NCBI GenBank assembly: GCA_030770535.1
Contig: JASVEC010000002.1
Location: 1,550,001-1,614,000, forward strand
Origin: Batkoa obscura
Taxonomy: Eukaryota
Length of the DNA stretch: 64,000 nt
Reading direction: 5' to 3'
The position numbers and the translations under genes were made by a program. The notes below the pieces were generated by a model that worked only from the letters and a program-made list of their open reading frames with translations, was not told the DNA's origin and did no database searches. Positions 63,418 through 64,000 of this stretch are shown piece after piece. Every line of letters starts with the position of its first letter. Position 1 is the first letter of the stretch.

Positions 63418-64000
63418 ATATCTTAAATTCCTTAAACGAATAATTATAAAAAAATACATAACTAACAAGATATAATTAAAATTTTAACAATGCTTAATCC
63501 AAACAAGCTAGCATTGTTCAACTTTTCGGGTATATTATTAATTTATTTTAATAAAAAATTAGCAAAAGTTCTGAATTTTTACGATTTCTTCCAAAATAAA
63601 ATACAAATACAATATTTCCTAGCAAAGATTTCCAAGTTGTGTATAAAATAATTATGTAAATGTTCACTAAATTTTAATTCAAGGTAATGTAAACATTGAG
63701 GTTACATCAAAAGTTTTTCTATAATCGTAAAAAAAGATTGATGATTATTAAGCCATTTTTAAGATGATACAGGTAGTGTATAAGATACTTTGTAAAGAAG
63801 ATTAAGGGTATTTGATACTATAATTTAAAGTTAGAGTTTCACTTTAAAAGTCAAAGAGAGACATACATCAAGTACATTATAAAGTATGCCAAATACCTTT
63901 TTAGTATTCCGCTTAAAGTGGTGGTTACTCTAAAAAATTGAACTCTTTTTTAATTAAACCTTGGTTTTAAATGGACTTTTATTAAGGGTTTGTTAATTCA

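Overview
Very AT-rich eukaryotic DNA with short (~45-60 bp) GT-AG introns and fungal gene families (Zn2Cys6 transcription factor, Crh-type GH16, Rtc5-like TLDc protein). It is most consistent with an early-diverging fungus; an entomophthoralean/Zoopagomycota-type genome is my inference only. About 17 protein-coding genes are visible. The main feature is a cluster of six short, intronless, highly diverged Q50 homeobox genes spread over ~45 kb (12.8-57.6 kb), five on the minus strand. They fall into two sequence groups arranged in order along the chromosome, and each carries a conserved short N-terminal motif, either LPS[IM]xEL or an eh1-like FSLxxIL. Other genes: a Q/N-rich protein, mitochondrial mL50, a secreted Cys-repeat protein, Ras, GH16, a degenerate cyclin, a Zn2Cys6 factor, a TLDc/Rtc5-like protein and a multi-pass membrane protein. 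The long intergenic regions hold ~30 copies of a ~99-bp GGG...CCC MITE with 4-bp AWWT target duplications (Sola-like), and a ~463-bp TGTGAAAT...ATTTCACA solo-LTR-like family (5-bp TSDs in two copies). They also contain a fold-back derivative of that LTR, a 592-bp element with perfect 112-bp inverted arms, and a decayed dispersed repeat. Repeat copies show CpG-type transition decay. All alignments were done by eye.
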